A stretch of 32,000 nucleotides of DNA. Source: Paracoccus suum. Its GTDB lineage: Bacteria > Pseudomonadota > Alphaproteobacteria > Rhodobacterales > Rhodobacteraceae. Below, in pieces: positions 24,911-32,000 of the stretch (positions are counted from its first letter, which is position 1; the number at the start of each line of letters is the position of its first letter). The notes beneath the pieces were generated by a model. That model was not told the DNA's origin. It searched no databases and worked only from the letters and a program-made list of their open reading frames with translations. Both the position numbers and the translations under genes were made by a program. Location of the stretch: positions 2,010,001 through 2,042,000 of the forward strand of contig NZ_CP030918.1 in NCBI RefSeq assembly GCF_003324675.1. Direction: 5' to 3'.

Positions 24911-26530
24911 ATGAACATGACAATCAGGACTAGGACGCTTGCAGCCCTGCTGCTCGCGGGGACTGCCTTGGGGGTGGGAACCGGCGCTTGGGCGCAGGAT
25001 GTCCAGAAGGGCGGCACGCTGAACTTTACCGCGCCCTACGGCAGCAGTGTCGGCACGCTGGACATCACTGCCTCGGCCGAGGTCCAGACTGAGATCGTGG
25101 CTCATGCGCTGCATCGCAACCTTTACAAATGGAACCCCGAGAGCGGAAAGCCCGAGCCCGACCTCTTCATCGAGGAGACCGTCAGCGACGACGGGCTGAC
25201 CCATACCTACAAGCTGCGCACCGATGCCGTGTTCCATAACGGCAAGGCGCTGACGGCCGATGACGTCCTCTACAGCTACAACCGCATCGCCGATCCCAAG
25301 GCGGCCTCGCCGAGCGCCGAGTTCCTCTCGCGCATCGCCGGTTTCGACGAAGTTCAGGCGGGCAAGGCGACCGAGATGTCGGGCCTGAAGAAGGTCGATG
25401 ACAATACAGTCGCGATCACCTTCGTCGCGACCGCCGATCCCGGCTACGACCTGATGCAGAACTATGTGCCGATCTATCCCAGTGACGTGCCGGCCGAACA
25501 GCAGGCGACGAAGCCCGTCGGCCTTGGCCCCTTCACCTTTGTCGAGAACGTCCCCGGCTCGCGCGTCAGCTTTGCCCGGTTCGACAAGTTCTACGGCGGC
25601 GACGGCAAACCCTATGTCGACAAGCTGAACATCATGATCATGGGCGAGGCCGCCGCCCGCGATGTCGCATTCCGCAACAAGGAAATCGACGTCTCGGTCC
25701 TCGGCTCGCAGCAGTACCAGGACTATCGGGACGATCCGGACCTGTCCAAGGGCCTGCTCGAAGTGGCGGAGCTGTTCACCCGCGTGATCGGCTTCGACAC
25801 GACCAAGCCGCCGTTCGACGACAAGCGTGTGCGCCAGGCCGTCAACTACGGCATCGACAAGGACCTGATCATCGACAAGCTGGTCAAGGGCAAGGCGTTC
25901 CCCGCTGTCGGCTTCTTCCCCACCACCTCGCCGGCCTTCGATCCGAATGCAAAGGGCTATCCGTACGATCCTGAAAAGGCCAAGGCGCTGCTTGCCGAAG
26001 CTGGTCACGCCGACGGGATCGACCTGCCGGTCATCGCCAACTCGAACGAAAGCTGGGGCTCGCCCATCGTCGAGGCGATCATCCCGATGCTGGCCAAGTC
26101 CAACATCCGCGCCAGTGTCGAGCCGGTCGAGAACGCCGTGCTCGAAGATCGCATCACCGGGGGTGATTTCACGGCTTTCATCTGGTCGCTGGCCAGCGGT
26201 CCGAACCCGCTGAACATCCTGCGCTGCTTCTACAGCAAGACCACCCAGACGGCCTGCAACTATCCCAAGTTCAGCAATGCCGAGGTCGACAAGCTGTACG
26301 AAGACGCCCAGAACGAGCGTGACGAGACCAAGCGCAACGATCTGATCCGCCAGGCTGGCAACATCATTCAGGAAGAAGCGCCGTTCTGGTTCTTCAACTA
26401 CAACAAGGCGGTGATGGCCTATCAGCCCTGGGTACACGGCCTGAGGGGCAACCCGCAGGAGCTGGCGATCCAGGACTACGAGAACATCTGGATCGACGAC
26501 ACCGCGCCCGCGGACCGCAAGGCGAAGTAA
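24911..26530 (+). CDS. ABC transporter substrate-binding protein, family 5 (peptide type)
   Basis: 539 aa with signal peptide MNMTIRTRTLAALLLAGTALGVGTGAWAQ and a GGGAGGA SD. Confidence 0.88.
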   Translation: MNMTIRTRTLAALLLAGTALGVGTGAWAQDVQKGGTLNFTAPYGSSVGTLDITASAEVQTEIVAHALHRNLYKWNPESGKPEPDLFIEETVSDDGLTHTYKLRTDAVFHNGKALTADDVLYSYNRIADPKAASPSAEFLSRIAGFDEVQAGKATEMSGLKKVDDNTVAITFVATADPGYDLMQNYVPIYPSDVPAEQQATKPVGLGPFTFVENVPGSRVSFARFDKFYGGDGKPYVDKLNIMIMGEAAARDVAFRNKEIDVSVLGSQQYQDYRDDPDLSKGLLEVAELFTRVIGFDTTKPPFDDKRVRQAVNYGIDKDLIIDKLVKGKAFPAVGFFPTTSPAFDPNAKGYPYDPEKAKALLAEAGHADGIDLPVIANSNESWGSPIVEAIIPMLAKSNIRASVEPVENAVLEDRITGGDFTAFIWSLASGPNPLNILRCFYSKTTQTACNYPKFSNAEVDKLYEDAQNERDETKRNDLIRQAGNIIQEEAPFWFFNYNKAVMAYQPWVHGLRGNPQELAIQDYENIWIDDTAPADRKAK

Positions 26531-26543
26531 GCCGCAAATCCAC

Positions 26544-26583
26544 GCCCGGCGGCGGCTTTGCGCTGCCGCCGGGCGCATTTTCG
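26544..26583 (+). terminator. intercistronic GC hairpin after the SBP gene (partial terminator or mRNA stabiliser)
   Basis: GCCCGGCGGC (26544-26553), an 11-nt loop, then GCCGCCGGGC (26565-26574), a perfect 10-bp stem followed by GCATTTTCG. The position directly after the SBP gene is classic for differential SBP/permease expression. Confidence 0.5.
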
Positions 26584-26601
26584 AAGGCGCGAGGGACCAG
26601 G

Positions 26602-27537
26602 ATGTTGCGTTACGTGCTGCGGCGAGTGCTGCAGATGATCCCGACCGTTTTGGCCGTGGCGGCGCTGATCTTTCTGATCTTCAGCGTCCTGCCGGGCAGT
26701 TTCGCTAGCAGCATGACCGGCGGGGGACGGCGTGCCCTCTCGCCCGAACTGGTGGCGCAGATCAACGCCCAGTTCGGCCTCGACAAGCCGCTCCCGATCC
26801 GGTTCTGGGATTATCTGGTCAAGCTGGTGCAGTTCGATCTCGGCATCTCGTTCCGGACGCGCGAGCCGGTGATCGACCTGATCGCCGCGCGCGTCGGCCC
26901 CTCGGTCGAACTGGCGCTGGCGGCAATGGGCCTCGCGGCGGTGATCGGCATTCCGCTGGGTTTTCTGGCGGCCCTGCGGCCGGGAAGCCTGTTTGACAGC
27001 GCGACCATGATCGGCGCCGTCTCCGGCCTGTCGATGCCGCAGTTCTGGCTGGGGCTGATCCTGATGTATGTCTTCGCGCTGCACCTCGGCTGGTTGCCGA
27101 GCTTTGGCTATGGCGACGGGCGATTGCGATACCTGATCCTGCCGGCCGTCGCGCTGGGTTTCGCGCCCATGGCCTTGCTCGCCAGGACCACCCGCGCCGG
27201 CGTTCTGGAGGTGATGTCCTCGGACCATATCCGCACGGCCATGGCTAAGGGCGACAGTCCCTCGCAGCTGGTGCGCTGGCACGTCGCGCGCAACGCGCTG
27301 GTGCTGATCGTGACCACGCTCGGCCTGCAGATCGGCTCGCTGCTTGGGCAGGCGCTGGTGATCGAAAAGCTCTTCGCCTGGCCCGGCCTTGGCTCGCTGC
27401 TGGTGGACAGCGTGGCGATCCGCGACATTCCGGTGGTTCAGGGCACGATCCTGGTGATCGTGCTGTGGTTCCTCGTCATCAACGTGCTGGTCGATCTGGT
27501 CTACGCCATGATCGATCCCCGCATCAGTCTGCGCTGA
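26602..27537 (+). CDS. ABC transporter permease (DppB/OppB-like)
   Basis: 311 aa, MLRYVLRRVLQMIPTVLAVAALIFLIF... to ...DLVYAMIDPRISLR. Confidence 0.9.
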   Translation: MLRYVLRRVLQMIPTVLAVAALIFLIFSVLPGSFASSMTGGGRRALSPELVAQINAQFGLDKPLPIRFWDYLVKLVQFDLGISFRTREPVIDLIAARVGPSVELALAAMGLAAVIGIPLGFLAALRPGSLFDSATMIGAVSGLSMPQFWLGLILMYVFALHLGWLPSFGYGDGRLRYLILPAVALGFAPMALLARTTRAGVLEVMSSDHIRTAMAKGDSPSQLVRWHVARNALVLIVTTLGLQIGSLLGQALVIEKLFAWPGLGSLLVDSVAIRDIPVVQGTILVIVLWFLVINVLVDLVYAMIDPRISLR

Positions 27538-27546
27538 GGGCGATAG

Positions 27547-28374
27547 ATGAGATTTCGCCCACGCTTCAACCTGACCCTTGGCCTGATCCTGGTCAGCGTC
27601 ATGATCCTCGGCGCGGTGTTCGCGCCACTGCTGACCTCGTTCGACCCGGCGCTGGACGCGGACCTGATGAACTCGGAAATGCCGCCCTCGGCCGAGCATC
27701 TCTTTGGCACTGACAGCCAGGGCCGCGATGTCTTTGCGCGGGTGCTGTATGGCGCACGGGTGTCGCTGACAGTCGGCATCGTCTCGCAGCTGATCAACTC
27801 GACCATCGGGATCGCCATGGGCCTGTCTGCGGGCTATTTCGGCGGCTGGTGGGATGACGTCGTGAACGGCCTGACCAACCTGATGCTGGCGATTCCGTCG
27901 CTGATCTTTGCGCTGGCGATCATGGCGGTGCTGGGGCCGGGCGTGACCAGCCTGCTCATTGCGCTGGGCCTGACCAACTGGAGCTGGAGTTGCCGTATCG
28001 CGCGCGGCGCGGTGCTGTCGCTGAAGACCCAGGGCTACGTGCAAGCGGCGCGGACGCTGGGCTATGGCGACGGCCGCATCATGTTCACGCAGCTGCTGCC
28101 GAACATTCTGGGGCCGATCCTGGTAATGGCCAGTCTCGGCATCGGCGACGCGGTGCTGGCCGAGGCCGCGCTGTCCTTCCTCGGCCTCGGCATCCGGCCG
28201 CCCGCGCCGTCCTGGGGCAACATGCTGACCGACGCGCGCGAGGCGATCCGCAGCGCGCCCTGGGCGACGATCTTTCCCGGCCTTGCCGTGTTCGCGACGG
28301 TGCTGGGGTTCAACCTGCTCGGCGACGGGGTGCGCGACTGGCTTGACCCGCGCATGAAAGGGCCACGCACATGA
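27547..28374 (+). CDS. ABC transporter permease (DppC/OppC-like)
   Basis: 275 aa ending ...[30 protein letters not shown] lies upstream. Confidence 0.9.
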   Translation: MRFRPRFNLTLGLILVSVMILGAVFAPLLTSFDPALDADLMNSEMPPSAEHLFGTDSQGRDVFARVLYGARVSLTVGIVSQLINSTIGIAMGLSAGYFGGWWDDVVNGLTNLMLAIPSLIFALAIMAVLGPGVTSLLIALGLTNWSWSCRIARGAVLSLKTQGYVQAARTLGYGDGRIMFTQLLPNILGPILVMASLGIGDAVLAEAALSFLGLGIRPPAPSWGNMLTDAREAIRSAPWATIFPGLAVFATVLGFNLLGDGVRDWLDPRMKGPRT

Positions 28375-29279
28375 GCGCGCCACTTCTGGATATTCGCGGC
28401 CTCAGTGTCGGTATTCCCGGCCGGGGCAGGGGCGCGGCGCCCCTGATGATCGTTCAAGGCCTGAACTTCGACATCCAGCCGGGCGAGGTGTTCGGGCTGG
28501 TGGGCGAATCGGGCAGCGGCAAGACCGCCTCGGCGCTGGCCTTGATGGGCCTGAACCGGCGGCCGCTGACGACGCTGTCGGGGCAGGCGATGTATGACGG
28601 GCGTGATCTGTTGCAGATGCCGCGTAGGGCGCTGCGCCGGCTGCGCGGCGATCGCATTTCGATGATCTTTCAAGAGCCGATGACCGCGCTGAACCCGCTC
28701 GCCACCGTGGGCCGCCAGATTGCCGAGATGTTCGTTCTGCATCGGGACCTGTCCTGGTCCGACGCCCGGCCCAAGGCGGTCGAGGCGCTGGCCGCGGTGC
28801 AGGTGCCGAACCCCGAACAGCGCGCCCGCGCCTATCCGCACCAGCTGTCGGGCGGCATGCGTCAGCGGGTCATGATCGCGATGGCCATGGCCTGCCGCCC
28901 CGACCTGCTGATCGCGGACGAGCCCACGACCGCGCTGGACGTGACCGTGCAGGCAGAGGTGCTGCGCCTGATCCGCGCGCTTTGCGAGGCCGAGGGCACG
29001 GCGGTCATGCTGATCAGCCACGATCTGGGCGTGATCGCCGAGATGTGCCAGCGGGTCGGCGTCATGTGCAACGGCCGCTTGCTGGAATTGCGCGACGCCA
29101 AGGCGCTGTTCACCGATCCGCGCCACCCCTACACCCGCGGGCTGCTGGCTGCCCTGCCGCGCCTCGGCAGCCGCGCGGGCGAGGGTCGGCACCGGCTGGC
29201 GGACCTCGACCGCAGCGTCGACCGCACCGCCCCGGATTTTGCCGCAAGCTACATCGTGCCGCGAGGCGAGGCCGCATGA
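28371..29279 (+). CDS. ABC transporter ATP-binding protein (DppD/OppD-like)
   Basis: Walker A GESGSGKT, signature LSGGMRQR, Walker [12 protein letters not shown]. The ATG overlaps the permease stop. Confidence 0.9.
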   Translation: MSAPLLDIRGLSVGIPGRGRGAAPLMIVQGLNFDIQPGEVFGLVGESGSGKTASALALMGLNRRPLTTLSGQAMYDGRDLLQMPRRALRRLRGDRISMIFQEPMTALNPLATVGRQIAEMFVLHRDLSWSDARPKAVEALAAVQVPNPEQRARAYPHQLSGGMRQRVMIAMAMACRPDLLIADEPTTALDVTVQAEVLRLIRALCEAEGTAVMLISHDLGVIAEMCQRVGVMCNGRLLELRDAKALFTDPRHPYTRGLLAALPRLGSRAGEGRHRLADLDRSVDRTAPDFAASYIVPRGEAA

Positions 29280-30256
29280 ACGCCCCAGTCACCCCCACGG
29301 CGAAGGCCGATCCGATCTTGACAGTCGACGGCCTCGAGGTTCACTTCCCGGTTGGCGGCGGCCTGTTCGCGCCGCGCCAACTGGTCCATGCGGTAAACGG
29401 TGTCGATCTGACCGTGATGCCGGGTCAATGCCTAAGCCTGGTCGGCGAATCGGGCTGCGGCAAGACGACGACCGCGCTTGCGGTGATGGGGCTGCAGGAC
29501 CCCACGGCCGGAGCCATCACGCTGGAAGGCCGGCCGGTCCACGGCCCCGGTGCGCCGGACCGGCTGGCCCGCGCGCGGCTGGCGCAGATCGTATTCCAGG
29601 ACCCGTTCTCGACCCTGAACCCGCGCCAGACCGTCGGCCGCGCGCTGGGCGAGCCGCTGCGCCTGCACGGCATGGGCGATGCGGCCCAGCGCCGCGCGGC
29701 AGTGGCGGACGCTCTGACCCAAGTCGGCCTGCCGCCCGAGCATGCCGCGCGCTATCCGCACGAGTTCTCGGGCGGTCAGCGCCAGCGGATCGGCATAGCC
29801 CGCGCACTGATCCTCGGGCCGCGCCTGATCGTGCTGGACGAGCCGGTCAGCGCGCTGGACGTCTCGATCCGGGCGCAGATCATCAACCTGCTGATGGACC
29901 TGCAGCAGAACCTTGGCCTCAGCTACCTGATGATTTCGCACGATCTGGGCGTGGTCGAGCATGTCTCGGACCGGGTGGCGGTGATGTTCGCCGGGCAGAT
30001 CGTCGAGGAGGGGGGTTGGCGCGAGGTCTTTACCGCCCCCGCGCATCCCTACACCCGACGCCTGATCGAGACGATCCCGAACCCCGAGCGTCTAACAGGC
30101 GGCGCCGGCACAGTCCTGCCTCCCGCGCCGCCGCCGCCGGCCGGAACCCGCTACTGGCCCAACGCCGAGCGACGGCCCGACGTGAACCAGCCGCCCGCGG
30201 CGAGCACGCTGGTCAGCATCGGCGACGATCACCGGGTCCGCGTGCAAGCGCTTTAA
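29276..30256 (+). CDS. ABC transporter ATP-binding protein (DppF/OppF-like)
   Basis: [24 protein letters not shown]... with Walker A GESGCGKTT, signature FSGGQRQR and Walker B IVLDEPVSALD. Start trimmed from the track's 28982 to ATG 29276, which overlaps the upstream stop (ATGA). Confidence 0.9.
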   Translation: MNAPVTPTAKADPILTVDGLEVHFPVGGGLFAPRQLVHAVNGVDLTVMPGQCLSLVGESGCGKTTTALAVMGLQDPTAGAITLEGRPVHGPGAPDRLARARLAQIVFQDPFSTLNPRQTVGRALGEPLRLHGMGDAAQRRAAVADALTQVGLPPEHAARYPHEFSGGQRQRIGIARALILGPRLIVLDEPVSALDVSIRAQIINLLMDLQQNLGLSYLMISHDLGVVEHVSDRVAVMFAGQIVEEGGWREVFTAPAHPYTRRLIETIPNPERLTGGAGTVLPPAPPPPAGTRYWPNAERRPDVNQPPAASTLVSIGDDHRVRVQAL

Positions 30257-30349
30257 CGGTCAGGAAAATCCCTTCGGAAGGGCGCTCCCCCTCTGGCGTT
30301 TGCCGGCGCGCTTGGCCAAGATCGCCGCGCATCAGATGAGGGGATCGCC

Positions 30350-31639
30350 ATGGACCTGCTTGCCCGCGCAACTGCCGTCGTTGGGGGCGTCATGGTGGCG
30401 CTGCGCAAGTCCTCGGCCCCTCGGACGGCAGCCTTTGGCAGCGCGCCCGAGATTCCCGCGGCCCGCGATCAGGGAGCGTTGATGACGCTGAAAATGCCCG
30501 TCGCCCATGGCTGGCGGGACGGCCGCCTGCCGGTTGCCGCACCGGGCCTTGCAGTAAACGCCTTCGTACGCGACCTCGACCACCCGCGCTGGGTCGAGGT
30601 GCTGCCGAATGGCGATGTGCTGGTCGCCGAGGCCCTGCAAGAGCCCTCGTCGGCCCCCGAGGGGATCATCGACCGCGCGAGGCACGCCACCATGCGCCGC
30701 GCCGGCGCCATCGGGCGCAGCGCCAACCGTATCACCCTTTGCCGTGATCCGAACGGTGATGGCGTCGCCGAAGACTGCCGCCCGTTCCTGGAAAACCAGC
30801 GCCAGCCCTTTGGTATGGCCCTGGTGGGCGACACATTCTACGTCGGTAACACCGACGGCATCGTGGCCTTCGACTATCAGCCGGACGGGATCACCGGCGC
30901 GGGCCAGCGCATCGTTGATTTCAAGCCCGGCGGCCACTGGACACGCAGCCTGCTGGCCTCGCCCGATGGCCGGCGGCTTTATTGCGGCGTCGGCTCGCAA
31001 AGCAACATTGGCGAGGATGGCATGGAGGCCGAGGAAGGCCGCGCGGCCATCTGGGAGGTCGACCTGGCCACAGGCGCCGCGCGCATTTTTGCCGGCGGCC
31101 TGCGCAACCCGGTCGGCCTGGCGTGGGAGCCGGGGTCCGGCAGCCTTTGGACCGTCGTGAACGAGCGTGACGGCCTCGGCGACGAGACCCCGCCCGACTA
31201 CCTGACCAGCGTGCGGGATGGCGGCTTTTACGGATGGCCCTACAGCTACTGGGGCGGCACCGTCGATGACCGCGTGCCCCAGGACCCGGCGCTCGTCGCG
31301 CAGGCAATCGCACCCGACTATGCGCTTGGCGGGCATACCGCCTCGCTGGGGCTTTGCTGGATGCCGGCAGGCACGCTGCCCGGCTTTCCCGAGGGCATGG
31401 TCATCGGCCAGCATGGCTCCTGGAATCGTTCGACCCTCAGCGGCTACAAGCTGATCTTCGTGCCCTTCGCCGATGGCCGCCCCAGCGGGCCGGCGCGCGA
31501 CATCCTGACCGGCTTTCTGTCCGAGGATGAAAAGCTGGCGTATGGCCGCCCGGTTGGGGTGACGATTGGCCCGGGCGGGCGCTCGCTGCTGATGGCGGAC
31601 GACGTCGGAAACGTTGTCTGGCGCGTCACGGGAGCCTGA
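30350..31639 (+). CDS. PQQ-dependent sugar dehydrogenase / sorbosone dehydrogenase family protein (beta-propeller)
   Basis: 429 aa with family-like blocks HPRWVEVLPNGDVLVAEA, FGMALVGDTFYVGNTDGIV, LRNPVGLAWEPGSG, WTVVNERDGLGDETPPDYL, GGFYGWPY and HGSWNRS. A GGGGA SD lies upstream. Confidence 0.8.
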   Translation: MDLLARATAVVGGVMVALRKSSAPRTAAFGSAPEIPAARDQGALMTLKMPVAHGWRDGRLPVAAPGLAVNAFVRDLDHPRWVEVLPNGDVLVAEALQEPSSAPEGIIDRARHATMRRAGAIGRSANRITLCRDPNGDGVAEDCRPFLENQRQPFGMALVGDTFYVGNTDGIVAFDYQPDGITGAGQRIVDFKPGGHWTRSLLASPDGRRLYCGVGSQSNIGEDGMEAEEGRAAIWEVDLATGAARIFAGGLRNPVGLAWEPGSGSLWTVVNERDGLGDETPPDYLTSVRDGGFYGWPYSYWGGTVDDRVPQDPALVAQAIAPDYALGGHTASLGLCWMPAGTLPGFPEGMVIGQHGSWNRSTLSGYKLIFVPFADGRPSGPARDILTGFLSEDEKLAYGRPVGVTIGPGGRSLLMADDVGNVVWRVTGA

Positions 31640-31732
31640 GAACACTCCGGCAACAGGCTGATAAAATATAACTATCTGGGTTGACCCGACCAGGTAACGC
31701 TTCGGTGACCGATTTTTCTTGACCGAAGGGCA

Positions 31733-31785
31733 ACTTGCAGAACAATCTGTTGAAACCACTTGCAGATTGGTTGAACCATTGGTTG
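31733..31785 (+). repeat. short tandem direct repeats in the AT-richer leader of the next ABC locus (candidate regulator-binding array)
   Basis: ACTTGCAGA occurs at 31733-31741 and again at 31758-31766, a 25-nt period. GTTGAA(A)CCA occurs at 31749-31758 and 31770-31778. ATTGGTTG occurs at 31766-31773 and 31778-31785. Confidence 0.4.
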
Positions 31786-32000
31786 GTAGCGACACTCCGC
31801 CCTTGCTCTCGGTCCGCGATCTCACGATCCGGTTTCGCAACCAGCCGTCAGTCGTGGACGGGCTCGACCTTGATGTCGCGGCAGGTGACACGCTCTGCAT
31901 CGTTGGCGAATCGGGTTGCGGCAAAAGCCTGACCGCGCTGGCGTTGATGGGCTTGCTGCCAAAATCTGCGAAGGTCTCGGGCCGGCGCGAAGTCGACGGG
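31779..32000 (+). CDS. ABC transporter ATP-binding protein (DppD/OppD-like), N-terminal part, continues past the window end
   Basis: Own translation gives (L/M)[73 protein letters not shown], including Walker A. The frame opens after the TAA at 31695-31697 and has no in-frame ATG or GTG. Only TTG codons are available (31719, 31767, 31779), so the start is uncertain. Confidence 0.7.
   Translation, partial: MVGSDTPPLLSVRDLTIRFRNQPSVVDGLDLDVAAGDTLCIVGESGCGKSLTALALMGLLPKSAKVSGRREVDG

Noticed and set aside
1-32000. Defence systems, toxin-antitoxin pairs, CRISPR arrays, integrases, transposases, phage genes, and tRNA or rRNA genes.
   Set aside because: I read all track ORFs and the intergenic regions on both strands. 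I found no nuclease, ATPase, reverse-transcriptase, Cas, integrase or transposase signatures. There are no spaced direct-repeat arrays and no terminal inverted repeats. No compositional island is present beyond the short regulatory AT-rich spacers.

Overview
High-GC, densely packed chromosomal segment. Protein signatures and gene organisation look alphaproteobacterial (Rhodobacterales-like); that assignment is inference. I can support about 31 protein-coding genes. Most are transport or catabolic genes. There is a Dpp/Opp-type peptide ABC importer on the minus strand (532-6454, gene order D-F-A-B-C). A second one lies on the plus strand (24911-30256, order A-B-C-D-F), and a third begins at the right edge of the window. 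These importers are interleaved with hydrolases: an M20D amidohydrolase, an S45 penicillin-acylase-like protein, an M55 D-aminopeptidase and an Amidohydro_3 protein. Other genes are a GbcA/GbcB-like Rieske oxygenase plus reductase pair, efp with a divergent epmA, a UbiH-family monooxygenase, a PEP-mutase/isocitrate-lyase family protein and a GntR regulator translationally coupled to a DNA glycosylase and an esterase. A VOC protein, a PQQ-type sugar dehydrogenase and the 5' part of hmgA at the left edge complete the set. The hmgA part is missing from the ORF track because it has no stop in the window.

I found no rRNA, tRNA, CRISPR array, IS or transposase, integrase, phage gene or recognisable defence or toxin system. 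Overall this reads as ordinary core metabolic chromosome, not an accessory island.

The least explained stretch is a 669-nt gene-free, lower-GC gap (14248-14916) between efp and the Rieske operon. It carries a plus-strand hairpin followed by a U-run, which looks like the terminator of an unannotated small RNA. Other items worth a second look are:
- a 41-codon ORF with a strong SD, translationally coupled to the UbiH-like gene;
- an acylase homologue whose catalytic-site motifs look degenerate;
- a local collapse of GC3 with TGTGA/TCACA half-sites inside the GntR gene;
- an hmgA promoter with an embedded palindrome;
- tandem repeats in the AT-rich leader of the third ABC locus.

Many long track ORFs are antisense shadow ORFs typical of high-GC DNA, or 5'-over-extended versions of the real genes. 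I trimmed starts where overlap or coupling and N-terminal family patterns justified it.
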